From the sequence record OP953026.1: a stretch of DNA of 64,000 nt; one strand, 5' to 3'. Positions 37,924 through 47,590 of this stretch are shown one piece after another. The notes beneath the pieces were generated by a model. That model did not search any database, was not told where the DNA came from, and worked only from the letters and a program-made list of their open reading frames with translations. Each line of letters starts with the position of its first letter. Position 1 is the first letter of the stretch. Both the position numbers and the translations under genes were made by a program.

Positions 37924-38576
37924 TGGCAATGACAGCTATTGTCGGTAGTCGCTATGCCCCTACATGGGCCCTAGAATTGATGATACGCGCAGGAAGAACA
38001 TTTGTTGATCTAGGTATAGGTATTTCATCAGGCGATGCATATGGATCAGATAGAGCTGGTTGGTATGGTGCAATTCAGTCTGATAAATGGGATACAGTAG
38101 AAAGTCGTATTTACATTATTCGAAATGGATTTCTTGGAAGACGAATTGAGAATCTAGCGTGGTTTCATGATGCCTCCGTATATACTGATACCATTCCCAC
38201 AGCTATGGTAATGGCCTGTGCAGCTCGGGGAAGTTTCAATGGTTTAGGTAGAACAGGTATTGAACTACATACTCGTAATGTATTTCAAATTCATGGCCAT
38301 ACTTTACGTGAACCTGTTTCAACTATTATTGCATACGGTGAACAAAAGACACCAACCTCTGTAATTAGTGGTGGTACTAATACAGCGTGGCAGTTGGCAT
38401 TAGATGCAAATGTGCCAACTATGTATAACCTATACTGGTCCGATGATGTAAAGAGACTAGAAGAATGGTTAAATAAAAATGAATCTGATGAGCCATATAT
38501 GCCAATTGATTGGTCTGAAATCTTAGATCCTAGAGATAGCCGTCTACCTGAATTGATGGATGAATATAATAATTAA
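37923..38576 (+). CDS. SLOG/DprA-like nucleotide-binding protein
   Basis: AIVGSRYAP, ISSGDAYGSD, RNVFQIHG and GGTNTAWQLA...VPTMYNL motifs. Confidence 0.7.
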   Translation: MAMTAIVGSRYAPTWALELMIRAGRTFVDLGIGISSGDAYGSDRAGWYGAIQSDKWDTVESRIYIIRNGFLGRRIENLAWFHDASVYTDTIPTAMVMACAARGSFNGLGRTGIELHTRNVFQIHGHTLREPVSTIIAYGEQKTPTSVISGGTNTAWQLALDANVPTMYNLYWSDDVKRLEEWLNKNESDEPYMPIDWSEILDPRDSRLPELMDEYNN

Positions 38577-38609
38577 TTTTCTCAAATGAATTAGTTATAA
38601 TAGCCAAAA

Positions 38610-38640
38610 TAAACCCTCCTCTTAGTAGGAGGGTTTATAT
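38610..38640 (+). terminator. intrinsic terminator
   Basis: AAACCCTCCT-CTTAGT-AGGAGGGTTT. Confidence 0.7.
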
Positions 38641-38679
38641 CGTCTCAAATTAGATTATCAATTAGAAAAGGAACATCAA

Positions 38680-39780
38680 ATGAATTATCGTAATAGCAAA
38701 CTTACGTTAGTCCAGCAGAAGTGGATTGATCGTTTTATCTCCATTGCTATGGAGGTTGATAATGGCCGTGCAATTTCCAATGCATATCGCTATACTCTTA
38801 ATGAACAGGGAATTAGTTCAGATAGTGAAGATCTACGTATTCACTATCCTTTTGGAGTTGATAGAAAAGAATTCATCAAAGAACAAATTTACAAACTATG
38901 TGATGAAGTTATAAGCCCTTTAAATCTGAAAGCATTCAGAATTAGTGGTGGTTTTGCATTACTAGATGATGAAGGAATCATTGGTTTCCTAATGAATGGA
39001 ATGGAAGGTACCACTAGTCAGAACTTTAGATTATACTCCAATGAAGAACTGATCAAAGTATTTAAATTACGTTTTGAAGAAGTATTTGATCAGACTCGTC
39101 CACCTAGTATTAAAAGAATTCGGGTTAACTATCAAAATAATGAACTATATAGCTTTAGTGAAGTTATTTCTGTTCGTAACTACAATCCAAATATGATGGA
39201 AATGTATCCATTCCTAGATCGATCTCCAGCTGAAATCTGGACTGAATTCGCTGCATCTGAATCTAATGTTCTACTATTGATTGGTCCTCCTGGTACTGGT
39301 AAGTCTAATTATATCAATGAGATTATTCGGGCTCGTGGTTATAATGATCGTAATGTGTATCTAGCTGATCAAGATGATGTACTTGGCCACGCCGGTTTGA
39401 CTAATTTTATTCGTGGTGTTGAGGATAATTCACTCATTATTACAGAAGACTCTGATAAAATGGTGGCTAAACGTGTAGATGGTAATAGTAATATGTCAGG
39501 GCTATTAAATGCTACAGCTGGTCTAGTATCTACTAAGACCAAGATTATCATTTCTACTAATCTTCCGACTCTTCGTGATGTTGATGAAGCTTTAGTTCGA
39601 CCTGGCCGTGCTTTCGATATTCTTACCTTCAAAACACTTACTGCTGAACAAGCGAATGCAGCTCGTTTAGCTAATGGTCTAGATCCAGTTGAGTTTGTCG
39701 GTAATAATCTTACTTTAGCTGAAGCATTGAATACTAGTTCTTGCAGTAGCCCACGCAAAGCAAGTCGTGTAGGTTTCTAA
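38680..39780 (+). CDS. AAA+ ATPase with N-terminal domain
   Basis: Walker A GPPGTGKS, Walker B IITEDSD, and LVRPGRAFD arginine finger. Confidence 0.85.
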   Translation: MNYRNSKLTLVQQKWIDRFISIAMEVDNGRAISNAYRYTLNEQGISSDSEDLRIHYPFGVDRKEFIKEQIYKLCDEVISPLNLKAFRISGGFALLDDEGIIGFLMNGMEGTTSQNFRLYSNEELIKVFKLRFEEVFDQTRPPSIKRIRVNYQNNELYSFSEVISVRNYNPNMMEMYPFLDRSPAEIWTEFAASESNVLLLIGPPGTGKSNYINEIIRARGYNDRNVYLADQDDVLGHAGLTNFIRGVEDNSLIITEDSDKMVAKRVDGNSNMSGLLNATAGLVSTKTKIIISTNLPTLRDVDEALVRPGRAFDILTFKTLTAEQANAARLANGLDPVEFVGNNLTLAEALNTSSCSSPRKASRVGF

Positions 39781-39887
39781 GGAAAAGTAAGCTGCTTTTA
39801 AACTAGCGAAGAAACATGAATTCCAACGTGTTATTTATAATCCTGATGACCTTAAAGTAAAGCATTATTTCACATACGGAGATCAGC

Positions 39888-40490
39888 ATGCAGCGCAATA
39901 ATGACCCGCAGCAAGTAATCATGTCGATTGAGATGTACAATAGCCTACTGGCTATGGCTAATGATTCACCTCATTACACGACAAAACTTATCCAACGTCA
40001 CGTGCGAAAGATGAATCCTTTTTTACAACCTGCACATCTAAAGAATGTCAGAACTAAGGAAGCTATTCGGTCCCAACGTATTCGTGAAGCTCGGGCTTTC
40101 TTCGAAGCCAATCATAGAAAAATTCTGTACGCAAAGGTTGATATGGGTAACTGTAAAAAAGGAGATGATCCGGTTTACTTCCCATGCATATCTGAACGTA
40201 TTGCCAAGAATAGACAACTAATCCAAGTTCGTCATGCCAATGAAGTTGGTTATGGACGGTGCATCCGGTTGGTAGAGGCTAAATATCTCACAACCATTAT
40301 TCCTGATGGATATATCCAAGGAACTGGGCCGTATAAAAAATATCTTGTTAAAGAGAATGGTCCTTACGATATCCGTGAACAAGAAGAAAAACGTAAACAA
40401 GCTTTTTCGAGTGAGATAGCTAAGAAGTTTGAGTTCAAACATGATTCTTACGATATGGATAATCTCAAAAAGAATTATTATACACAATGA
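39888..40490 (+). CDS. hypothetical basic protein
   Basis: 200 aa, GGAG RBS. Confidence 0.7.
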   Translation: MQRNNDPQQVIMSIEMYNSLLAMANDSPHYTTKLIQRHVRKMNPFLQPAHLKNVRTKEAIRSQRIREARAFFEANHRKILYAKVDMGNCKKGDDPVYFPCISERIAKNRQLIQVRHANEVGYGRCIRLVEAKYLTTIIPDGYIQGTGPYKKYLVKENGPYDIREQEEKRKQAFSSEIAKKFEFKHDSYDMDNLKKNYYTQ

Positions 40491-40617
40491 GATTAGTATA
40501 AATGGACATTAGTTTATCTCCAGTATGAATATTCCAACTTCTTAAATATTACTAAAGAGCAGACTATGAATATATCAGTGTTTGCTCTTTGGAGGTAATT
40601 ACTCTGGAGCATCTAAT

Positions 40618-40950
40618 ATGTGTGCAATTCCTGTAATACCTGTATCAAATGACATCACTGTTATTAAGCCAGGTGATACAGTTTGGTCAACAGGTGTTCT
40701 CGGTATGAAAGCATCTTGTGAGCATCCACCAGCGCTATTCTGTATACGGGGTGATGAACTTGAAGTTCTAGAAATTAGCCCTCCCACGGAATATGAGAAA
40801 AAAGCAATGTATAAGTGCCGCTTAAAAAGAGGCACTGGTCATTTCTGGATCTATCGTAGTGGGTTTACTAAAATAAAGCCATTTAATCACAATATGACTG
40901 GTTATGAGTTTTGGGATGGTGAGAAAATTAGAGAATATGGTGGGCATTAG
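40618..40950 (+). CDS. hypothetical protein
   Basis: ORF track 40582..40950; ATG 40618 has a GGAG RBS. Confidence 0.65.
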   Translation: MCAIPVIPVSNDITVIKPGDTVWSTGVLGMKASCEHPPALFCIRGDELEVLEISPPTEYEKKAMYKCRLKRGTGHFWIYRSGFTKIKPFNHNMTGYEFWDGEKIREYGGH

Positions 40951-40961
40951 AGTAAAAGAAA

Positions 40962-41087
40962 ATGGCTAGCGAAAATAATAAATCAGACATGCAACATGAA
41001 CAAGAAGAACCACCCATATTCAAAATGCTTTTTCTAAGTGCAGTTATAGGTGGATCATTATGGGAAATAATTAGACAGTGGTTTTAG
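40962..41087 (+). CDS. small membrane-anchored peptide (41 aa), not in the ORF track
   Basis: MASENNKSDMQHEQEEPPIFKMLFLSAVIGGSLWEIIRQWF*, with a C-terminal hydrophobic helix. Confidence 0.5.
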   Translation: MASENNKSDMQHEQEEPPIFKMLFLSAVIGGSLWEIIRQWF

Positions 41088-41121
41088 CCACTGTCTTTAT
41101 AATGTATTTTGAGTTATAAAA

Positions 41122-41286
41122 ATGTCCATAGAAAAAGCCTATTCCAATTTAATAGCTTCAATTAAAACAGTTAGAAAACATTTTCCTAAATTAATTCAAG
41201 AGAAGAATTTAGATGAGGAATTACGACGGGAGTTTACGACTCCTATTCAATTCGACCCGACTAAGAAATCGGGAAACTCCTTTTGA
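41122..41286 (+). CDS. small protein (54 aa), not in the ORF track
   Basis: MSIEKAYSNLIASIKTVRKHFPKLIQEKNLDEELRREFTTPIQFDPTKKSGNSF*. Confidence 0.5.
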   Translation: MSIEKAYSNLIASIKTVRKHFPKLIQEKNLDEELRREFTTPIQFDPTKKSGNSF

Positions 41287-41302
41287 TAACGAACAGTCAG
41301 AA

Positions 41303-41470
41303 ATGGATAAGTTAAAACCAATCGATGACTTTTGGAAAACTAAAACAATTAAACCATCAGATGCTTATTTAGAAAGAAAGAATGAGCAACTAAAGATGAT
41401 TAATCCGCATAAAGTTTATAATCCATTCAATGAAAAAGATACGGTATTAAAACCTATTTCTAAATTATAA
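41303..41470 (+). CDS. small hypothetical protein
   Basis: ORF track 41213..41470; ATG 41303 avoids overlap with the previous small ORF. Confidence 0.5.
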   Translation: MDKLKPIDDFWKTKTIKPSDAYLERKNEQLKMINPHKVYNPFNEKDTVLKPISKL

Positions 41471-41482
41471 AAAGGATTTACT

Positions 41483-41902
41483 ATGAAACAAGATCATCAA
41501 TTCTGGCATGATAAACCATTTTCAGAAAATGAAGTTAGGAAGAAACTTGGCGGATCGTCATTATCCAAACTAAGTACAGAACAGATTTTAGAAGAGTGGC
41601 GAACAGAACATATTGAACGTAATACTCCTTTAAGTAAAAGGCTATATGACATTCGTAATAAAGCCATCAATGATTACTCACTTACTGATAATCAACAAGT
41701 TAATAATTTGTTGCAATGTGCAGTGGATCAAGTCTTAGCAGATGTGATCATTATGTTAGATGGTTCAGTGCCACATAAGCAATTTCAAATTTCTGAATAT
41801 GAAATTGAAATGGACAGTAAGGAATTATCGATTAAAGAACATACTCGTCCAATAACTGAAGATCTACTAAAAAATTATTTTGAATTGGTGAATGGCAAAT
41901 GA
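41483..41902 (+). CDS. hypothetical protein
   Basis: 139 aa, AAGGA RBS. Confidence 0.7.
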   Translation: MKQDHQFWHDKPFSENEVRKKLGGSSLSKLSTEQILEEWRTEHIERNTPLSKRLYDIRNKAINDYSLTDNQQVNNLLQCAVDQVLADVIIMLDGSVPHKQFQISEYEIEMDSKELSIKEHTRPITEDLLKNYFELVNGK

Positions 41903-42243
41903 CTGAACGTATTCATTACTCAGATCGTAAGTTACCGCTGTGTTTTAAAGGTGTTTATGACATTCCAGTTGTAACCATCGAAAACTATTGTAAGTGGTAT
42001 GGTCTTAATATTGTCTATCCAGATGGGCGTGTTGAATGGGTTGACACTGATTTACTTGCTGAAATAGAACGGGAAAGCAAGTTCGCAGTAATGGGTGATC
42101 ACAACTATCATCCAATTCTGCTGGACAAAGTAGCTGAGAAGATTGGCGGGGCGGCATGTGATGTTGCACGTGAGTTGATGACTGGCCGTTGGGTACTAGA
42201 GGTTATGGACGGTGAAATCCCTGGTCAAGAAAAATTCTGTTAA
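41899..42243 (+). CDS. hypothetical protein
   Basis: 114 aa, ATGA overlap with the previous gene. Confidence 0.7.
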   Translation: MTERIHYSDRKLPLCFKGVYDIPVVTIENYCKWYGLNIVYPDGRVEWVDTDLLAEIERESKFAVMGDHNYHPILLDKVAEKIGGAACDVARELMTGRWVLEVMDGEIPGQEKFC

Positions 42244-42256
42244 ATGGATGATTAAA

Positions 42257-42796
42257 ATGGGTATTGATGTTTTCCCTGTAGTTACCAAACGTTCCACACG
42301 TTCTTCAGATGGTGCACGTGTACTTAAATTCATTGACATGCATACATGCGAGGCTCTTAACTTTAGCCGTTGCTATTATCTTTGGGATTGGTTAACCGAT
42401 AATAATGAGTATACCAACCGATTCTGTCGACCGACTCTTAAAGGCTGTGGATTTGGTACACTCGTCAGTGATGACTCGCATCCAGTATGGAACAACTTTG
42501 AAGGTCGCCTTTCACAAATTGTCAATTCCAAACAGGACAATCTAACACCGTACGCCTATTATAGTGAAGATGGTTGGTACCCACTTACAATGATCTTCAA
42601 TATGGAAGACCTCTGGAACTTCGATTATGATCAGAAGCCAACGATGTTCGATCAAGATGTTAATGGTGAAGTCATTTCGGAAAAAACCTATCGCCAGCTA
42701 TTTTTGAGCAATGGTGTGGATGATGGTTATTTCAAGTTCCTGGAAGAAACTAAAAAGATGGAGTGTGTTCACTTCATCGCCCGATTCTGGGGATGA
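42257..42796 (+). CDS. conserved phage protein (possible second MG.D family member)
   Basis: ATG 42257 (MGIDVFP...SRCYYLWDWL). Confidence 0.65.
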   Translation: MGIDVFPVVTKRSTRSSDGARVLKFIDMHTCEALNFSRCYYLWDWLTDNNEYTNRFCRPTLKGCGFGTLVSDDSHPVWNNFEGRLSQIVNSKQDNLTPYAYYSEDGWYPLTMIFNMEDLWNFDYDQKPTMFDQDVNGEVISEKTYRQLFLSNGVDDGYFKFLEETKKMECVHFIARFWG

Positions 42797-42819
42797 TTAC
42801 TTAACAGGAAAAGTTAAAA

Positions 42820-43389
42820 ATGGCTATTCTATCTGATAAAACAATCACTGACTTATCTAAAGGTCGTGAACCAATGATTACGGATTTCATTGGTCACCAG
42901 GTCCGTGAAAAAGATGGTAAAAAGATTATTAGTTATGGGCTTAGTTCATATGGGTACGATGTAAGGCTAGCCCGTAATTTTAAGATCTTTTCTAATGTAA
43001 CAAGTGCAGTTATTGACCCATTAGACCCTAGTGATGGATTCTTAGTAGATTGGACTGGTGATTATTGTATTATTCCACCTAACAGTTATATTCTTGGTCA
43101 TACTGTAGAATCGTTTAATATTCCAGATGATGTCCTAGCTATTTGCACAGGTAAATCAACCTATGCACGACTAGGTGCAATTGTTAATGTCACTCCTATT
43201 GAACCAGGTTTCAAAGGACAAGTCGTTATTGAGATTGCAAACTGCACTACACTACCTCTAAAAATTTATGCTGATATGGGTATTGCTCAGTTTATGTTCT
43301 TTAGAGGTGATGCCCCATGTGAAGTTAGTTATGCAAAACGTAATGGTAAATATCAAAATCAAATTGGTATCACAACAGCGAGACTTTAA
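42820..43389 (+). CDS. dcd: dCTP deaminase
   Basis: SYGLSSYGYDVRL, GKSTYARLG, TPIEPGFKGQVVIE and GIAQFMF motifs. Confidence 0.95.
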   Translation: MAILSDKTITDLSKGREPMITDFIGHQVREKDGKKIISYGLSSYGYDVRLARNFKIFSNVTSAVIDPLDPSDGFLVDWTGDYCIIPPNSYILGHTVESFNIPDDVLAICTGKSTYARLGAIVNVTPIEPGFKGQVVIEIANCTTLPLKIYADMGIAQFMFFRGDAPCEVSYAKRNGKYQNQIGITTARL

Positions 43390-43391
43390 TA

Positions 43392-43628
43392 ATGCTTAGT
43401 CCTAACCAAGAAAAGTTTGTCAGTCGGCTAACTGAAATTACAAAGGCATCTGATTCAGAACTTTGTGCAGTTAATGATACAATCTCATTTGATATTTCAA
43501 CTGATAACATGCATGCTGAATTCTTTAATTTGGTTGCTGAACTGCATTTTAAGATTGTTCATATGTTTCCAATTAACCAATATAACACTCGTTATCGGGT
43601 TGTTATTCATGAACCATTCTATCTATGA
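43392..43628 (+). CDS. hypothetical protein
   Basis: 78 aa, follows dcd. Confidence 0.65.
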   Translation: MLSPNQEKFVSRLTEITKASDSELCAVNDTISFDISTDNMHAEFFNLVAELHFKIVHMFPINQYNTRYRVVIHEPFYL

Positions 43629-43659
43629 TTGACCAACATAGTGGTTTATACATTCAAAG

Positions 43660-43682
43660 CATTTTAAACAGTATATCACAAA
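43660..43682 (+). promoter_or_regulatory. early promoter (variant)
   Basis: TTTTAAACAGTATATCAC, the same context as the 59778 promoter with a T>C change in the core. Confidence 0.55.
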
Positions 43683-43718
43683 TGTGATATAATCAACATA
43701 TATAGGAGATTCTAATAC

Positions 43719-44195
43719 ATGTCACGCAATACTATTTCTTCCTGGAGTGAACTTGGTTCAATGCTGGGTGTACAGCCGAAGCCGGTTCAGAAGAAACAGA
43801 AAAATCGAGCTAAAAAGAATCATGAAGCTGCGGTTCGTAAAAATTCTAGGGAAACCTTTATGGACATTGCTGCAAAACAAACTAAATCAAGTCCTAACTT
43901 CCGTAAGAACAAACAAAAAGATGTTCGTCATTGCAGTGTATGTGATAATATTAAACTAAAAGAAAATGGTATCGAAGAAGGGCGGGCCAAACCAATTGGT
44001 ATGACCGAATTAGCTAAGTTCAAAGTTGAGCTAGCAAAAAATGGTCTTGAGCTATTCGGTTGTGAAGTACGTAAGCAAGAATCTTTTGCAGATGCATTTT
44101 ATGGTAATAATACCATTTGTGAAGAAACTGCAAAGCTGATTAAAGCATACCAGGAAGAGTTTGATTCAGTCTTCCGCCGCGCTATTACTGCCTAA
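43719..44195 (+). CDS. basic early protein
   Basis: 158 aa, AGGAG RBS, Lys/Arg-rich N-terminal half, CSVC motif. Confidence 0.75.
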   Translation: MSRNTISSWSELGSMLGVQPKPVQKKQKNRAKKNHEAAVRKNSRETFMDIAAKQTKSSPNFRKNKQKDVRHCSVCDNIKLKENGIEEGRAKPIGMTELAKFKVELAKNGLELFGCEVRKQESFADAFYGNNTICEETAKLIKAYQEEFDSVFRRAITA

Positions 44196-44199
44196 CGAT

Positions 44200-44225
44200 A
44201 TAGGGGACCTTCTGGTCCCCTTAGT
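44200..44225 (+). terminator. hairpin/terminator
   Basis: AGGGGACC-TTCT-GGTCCCCT. Confidence 0.65.
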
Positions 44226-44252
44226 CATTATTATTTTTTTTGGATTTTAGCT

Positions 44253-44444
44253 ATGGATGATATTGAAAAGAAAATAGCCAAAATGGAAGCTCTATTTAGG
44301 TACCATGGTATTACCGTTGATATTAACCATAAGTTGAAACCTAATGCTAAGACAAAATTAACTCGTGCGGAAATTAACCGATTACAAATACAATATGATA
44401 AGCTTTTAGCTGAACGCGAAGAAGCTTTAAAAGCAATTCCTTAA
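44253..44444 (+). CDS. small coiled-coil protein
   Basis: 63 aa ORF. Confidence 0.6.
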   Translation: MDDIEKKIAKMEALFRYHGITVDINHKLKPNAKTKLTRAEINRLQIQYDKLLAEREEALKAIP

Positions 44445-44463
44445 ATTATTGAGGATTTATAAA

Positions 44464-44679
44464 ATGTTCAAGCGCGTTATGAGATATATTCGTGTTTTGA
44501 AATTAATTGTTATTTTCTATGTTAGGCGACAACTGGGTTTACACGATTATTGTACACGAAAAAATACAATTGCATTAGATCGTGAAAATAATAAACGTGT
44601 TCAAATAAATGCTATTTCTCGTAAAGTCGAAGAAGCATTATTTAAAGTTGAACTAGCTGCGATAATGAGTAAGCGGTAA
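44464..44679 (+). CDS. small basic protein
   Basis: GAGGA RBS before ATG 44464. Confidence 0.6.
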   Translation: MFKRVMRYIRVLKLIVIFYVRRQLGLHDYCTRKNTIALDRENNKRVQINAISRKVEEALFKVELAAIMSKR

Positions 44680-44685
44680 TGTTGT

Positions 44686-44739
44686 CATAAAGCCCTCCCT
44701 TCGGGGAGGGCTATTGCACTAAATTTTATTTGAGATCTA
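44686..44739 (+). repeat. 54-bp terminator-promoter cassette, copy 1
   Basis: CATAAAGCCCTCCCTTCGGGGAGGGCTATTGCACTAAATTTTATTTGAGATCTA, identical to 60158..60211. Confidence 0.92.
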
Positions 44740-44789
44740 CATTATAGATTAGCATATACTAATGGAAACATCTACATGAGGTAATTATC

Positions 44790-45089
44790 GTGAACGAAGC
44801 TATTATTTCACTGGACCGCAGAGGAGCCCATCATTTAGGATCTCGCGGTTATCCAATTAGATCAATTGGAGATGTTACAGTATTTGATTTGAATCATAAT
44901 CAACTATATCCCAAAATCCATTCTCTTAAAGATCAAAATCATGATGGATGGCACTCCATTAGTGTTGATGATGAAAATGGAGTAACAGCATATACGTTTG
45001 TTTTGAATATGGATCTTAATCTAGGATGGCTAAGACCTAAGCAGCCTAATGTTGGTGGTGGATATATCAAAATCAAATTTGAACAATAA
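44790..45089 (+). CDS. hypothetical protein
   Basis: 99 aa, GTG start with a GAGGT RBS. Confidence 0.7.
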   Translation: MNEAIISLDRRGAHHLGSRGYPIRSIGDVTVFDLNHNQLYPKIHSLKDQNHDGWHSISVDDENGVTAYTFVLNMDLNLGWLRPKQPNVGGGYIKIKFEQ

Positions 45090-45138
45090 GCGGTGTGTAC
45101 ACCGCTTTTATTCCGTGTTTATACTCAAAAGGTAATTT

Positions 45139-46272
45139 ATGATTATGTTTAAGTACTTAAAAAATGTTATTGATATTTTTAACAAACCAAAAAAGGTAGA
45201 TACATTAGAACAAAAGATAGCTAATCTAAATGATAAATACATCAGAGAAAATGTAGATGTTGATCAAATTGATATTCTGTCAGGTTATTTCACAGGAATG
45301 CTATCTGGGAAATTACATGATCGAAGTTTAGTATGGGGTTATTATACCAAAGAAACTAAGACATGGATGATTTATTTTGTTGAACAAAATTTTGATTCAT
45401 TCATGTATAAAGTAACTAATAATTCATTAGATATTATTAATCTAACTGATATAGAAGATCTTAAATTATTCTATTTCTCTAATGAACAATACATACCTGT
45501 AAATACACCAATCAATAGTGATCTAAATGTGGCTGTAATTTTCACATCAAAACCACTCACTAAGGATTTCATTGATCCATCTTTAATAGATCAAGTTAAA
45601 TCAGTTAATAGTAATTACAAGATTGTGATGGGTGGGTTATCTAATAATTCCAAATTTGATAGTAACCCAATAACTCTAATTGTAGAGTCTTATGAAGCAG
45701 ATGGTGATATCGTCGTAGTTGAATTAACTAATGGTACAACTGTGGCCATCAATAGAAAACTACTTAATATGTTTATGTATCAGTCAAGAATAGTTGATAC
45801 ATGTAATAACTCAAAAGTGCTTATAGATTTCAATGGACGGCTAAAGTTCACACCTATGGAGAATCATTTAGGTGGTATAAATAGTGCAATGCATTATTGG
45901 TCAAGTAATGGAATTATCAAAATTAGGTGTGACTATAGTATCATATTAGATCTAGATAAGTTTCCAGAGATTGTTAATCATATTGGAAACTGGATACATA
46001 TTGAAGCTAAAACAATTGCAAAAGTAATTGACTCGGTTGTGGTACCATACTTAACAAATGGGGAGCTTAGTACGCTCATTGTTGATTTAGATAATGTCGA
46101 TATTCAGTATCGTGGTTTAACATTATCTGGTAATATCAGCTTGCGTGATCGTTTAGATAAATGCAAAATCAAACTGATAAATCCATCAACTGATCCATAT
46201 GAGATACCTAGTCTAAATGGTAAACGTGATGTCCATGGTTTTTATAGAGTAGATGGAAGTTTATTAAAATGA
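45139..46272 (+). CDS. hypothetical protein
   Basis: 377 aa ORF, AAGGT RBS. Confidence 0.75.
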   Translation: MIMFKYLKNVIDIFNKPKKVDTLEQKIANLNDKYIRENVDVDQIDILSGYFTGMLSGKLHDRSLVWGYYTKETKTWMIYFVEQNFDSFMYKVTNNSLDIINLTDIEDLKLFYFSNEQYIPVNTPINSDLNVAVIFTSKPLTKDFIDPSLIDQVKSVNSNYKIVMGGLSNNSKFDSNPITLIVESYEADGDIVVVELTNGTTVAINRKLLNMFMYQSRIVDTCNNSKVLIDFNGRLKFTPMENHLGGINSAMHYWSSNGIIKIRCDYSIILDLDKFPEIVNHIGNWIHIEAKTIAKVIDSVVVPYLTNGELSTLIVDLDNVDIQYRGLTLSGNISLRDRLDKCKIKLINPSTDPYEIPSLNGKRDVHGFYRVDGSLLK

Positions 46273-46739
46273 TTAAATTAGTGATTAGTCTTTTTTATAA
46301 AATAGTTAATGAAAAGATGTCACCCACATATAAGAAATTAGTTACATTAGATAGAAATGGATACATTTTCAATAATAAACAAGATCTGTATTCGATTAAT
46401 CTTTCACTCTATCTTGAACTTATTCATTCAGTGACGAATGACTATATTGTTCAAGAAATTATAATGTGTCTAAGTTCTAAGCCACAAGCAGTGAAAGAAC
46501 TATTCCTTGAAGACCTAAGTACTAATAATCAACTACATTATTCATTGTTAGCTTGTAAAATAATGAATGAGAGGAAAATCATTAATAAGAATATTAATAA
46601 AGCGTGTGCTAAAAATATGGCTACTTTTTTAAAGGGCTATTTCCCAAGAGACTACTTCACTTGGTATAGTTGTCTCTATTTAGCGCTATCGGCTAAAAGT
46701 AAAGCTGAGAATAACAAAGTATCTGTTATTAATGAGTAA
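46269..46739 (+). CDS. hypothetical protein
   Basis: 156 aa, ATGA overlap. Confidence 0.65.
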   Translation: MIKLVISLFYKIVNEKMSPTYKKLVTLDRNGYIFNNKQDLYSINLSLYLELIHSVTNDYIVQEIIMCLSSKPQAVKELFLEDLSTNNQLHYSLLACKIMNERKIINKNINKACAKNMATFLKGYFPRDYFTWYSCLYLALSAKSKAENNKVSVINE

Positions 46740-46782
46740 ATACAATACTATGTAGTAGTATTTCTATTACGTACCTTTCGAG

Positions 46783-46820
46783 GCATATACTCCATGACTT
46801 ATGTTGTGGGGTATATGTGT
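46783..46820. terminator. hairpin, possible terminator
   Basis: CATATACTCCA...TGGGGTATATG inverted repeat. Confidence 0.5.
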
Positions 46821-46841
46821 TATAATGTTTAAGAGGTTAAA

Positions 46842-47189
46842 ATGCAAAAGCAACTAAATTCTGATGATCTAGATGTTCTTGACTCCTTTAATGCAGCATG
46901 GGAAATTGTTAAGGAAGAACATACTGATCTATTCTCACGTATAGCGATGATGGCTATTAATAAGTTAACTGATGATGATATCTCAGTCAATGATACTAAA
47001 GTAAGTATTCAACAAGTAGTTAATTTCCATGAGCGAATTCGAGATATCATTCCTAGCTCTGAGATTGTTAATCTTACGATTGTTAAAACTATCTTAGGTG
47101 AAATGAATGGTTGGTTAGAATTTGATGAACTTAATGAAGAACTATTTACAGCTTTAGGCAAAGCTTATAGCACTGTTAACTTTAATTGA
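46842..47189 (+). CDS. hypothetical acidic protein
   Basis: 115 aa, GAGGT RBS. Confidence 0.7.
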   Translation: MQKQLNSDDLDVLDSFNAAWEIVKEEHTDLFSRIAMMAINKLTDDDISVNDTKVSIQQVVNFHERIRDIIPSSEIVNLTIVKTILGEMNGWLEFDELNEELFTALGKAYSTVNFN

Positions 47190-47257
47190 TCATTAATATG
47201 AAAATTAAAACAATATAAGTGAGGCATGTGCCTCACTACATAGTAGAGGACTAACAC

Positions 47258-47590
47258 ATGCAGATTCAATTAGATCCATTAATGGTTTACCATGGTAGCA
47301 CTAGATCTTTATTTAATGAAGATTCTAGTTTAAATGTTGTTGATGTAAGGGGCATTCAATTAAATGCTGAAGGGATAGCTGATAACAAAAATTACTATTT
47401 TGATTATGGACGTAAGAAAGATGATGATGGTGAAATACTCACTATTTACGTACATGATCGAAATGTAGCTAAAGATTTTATTGTACTGTACGTTGAATTC
47501 CATTTAGGCACACATAAATTTCATACGTATGTACATCCACAATATCGGCATAAATTTCCAGTATTAGTACTGGAGTTATTATTCGTTTAA
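47258..47590 (+). CDS. hypothetical protein
   Basis: 110 aa, GAGGA RBS. Confidence 0.7.
   Translation: MQIQLDPLMVYHGSTRSLFNEDSSLNVVDVRGIQLNAEGIADNKNYYFDYGRKKDDDGEILTIYVHDRNVAKDFIVLYVEFHLGTHKFHTYVHPQYRHKFPVLVLELLFV

Noticed and set aside
41122-41470. Single frameshifted gene formed from 41122..41286 and 41213..41470
   Set aside because: No slippery site identified, and two independent small ORFs explain the region equally well.
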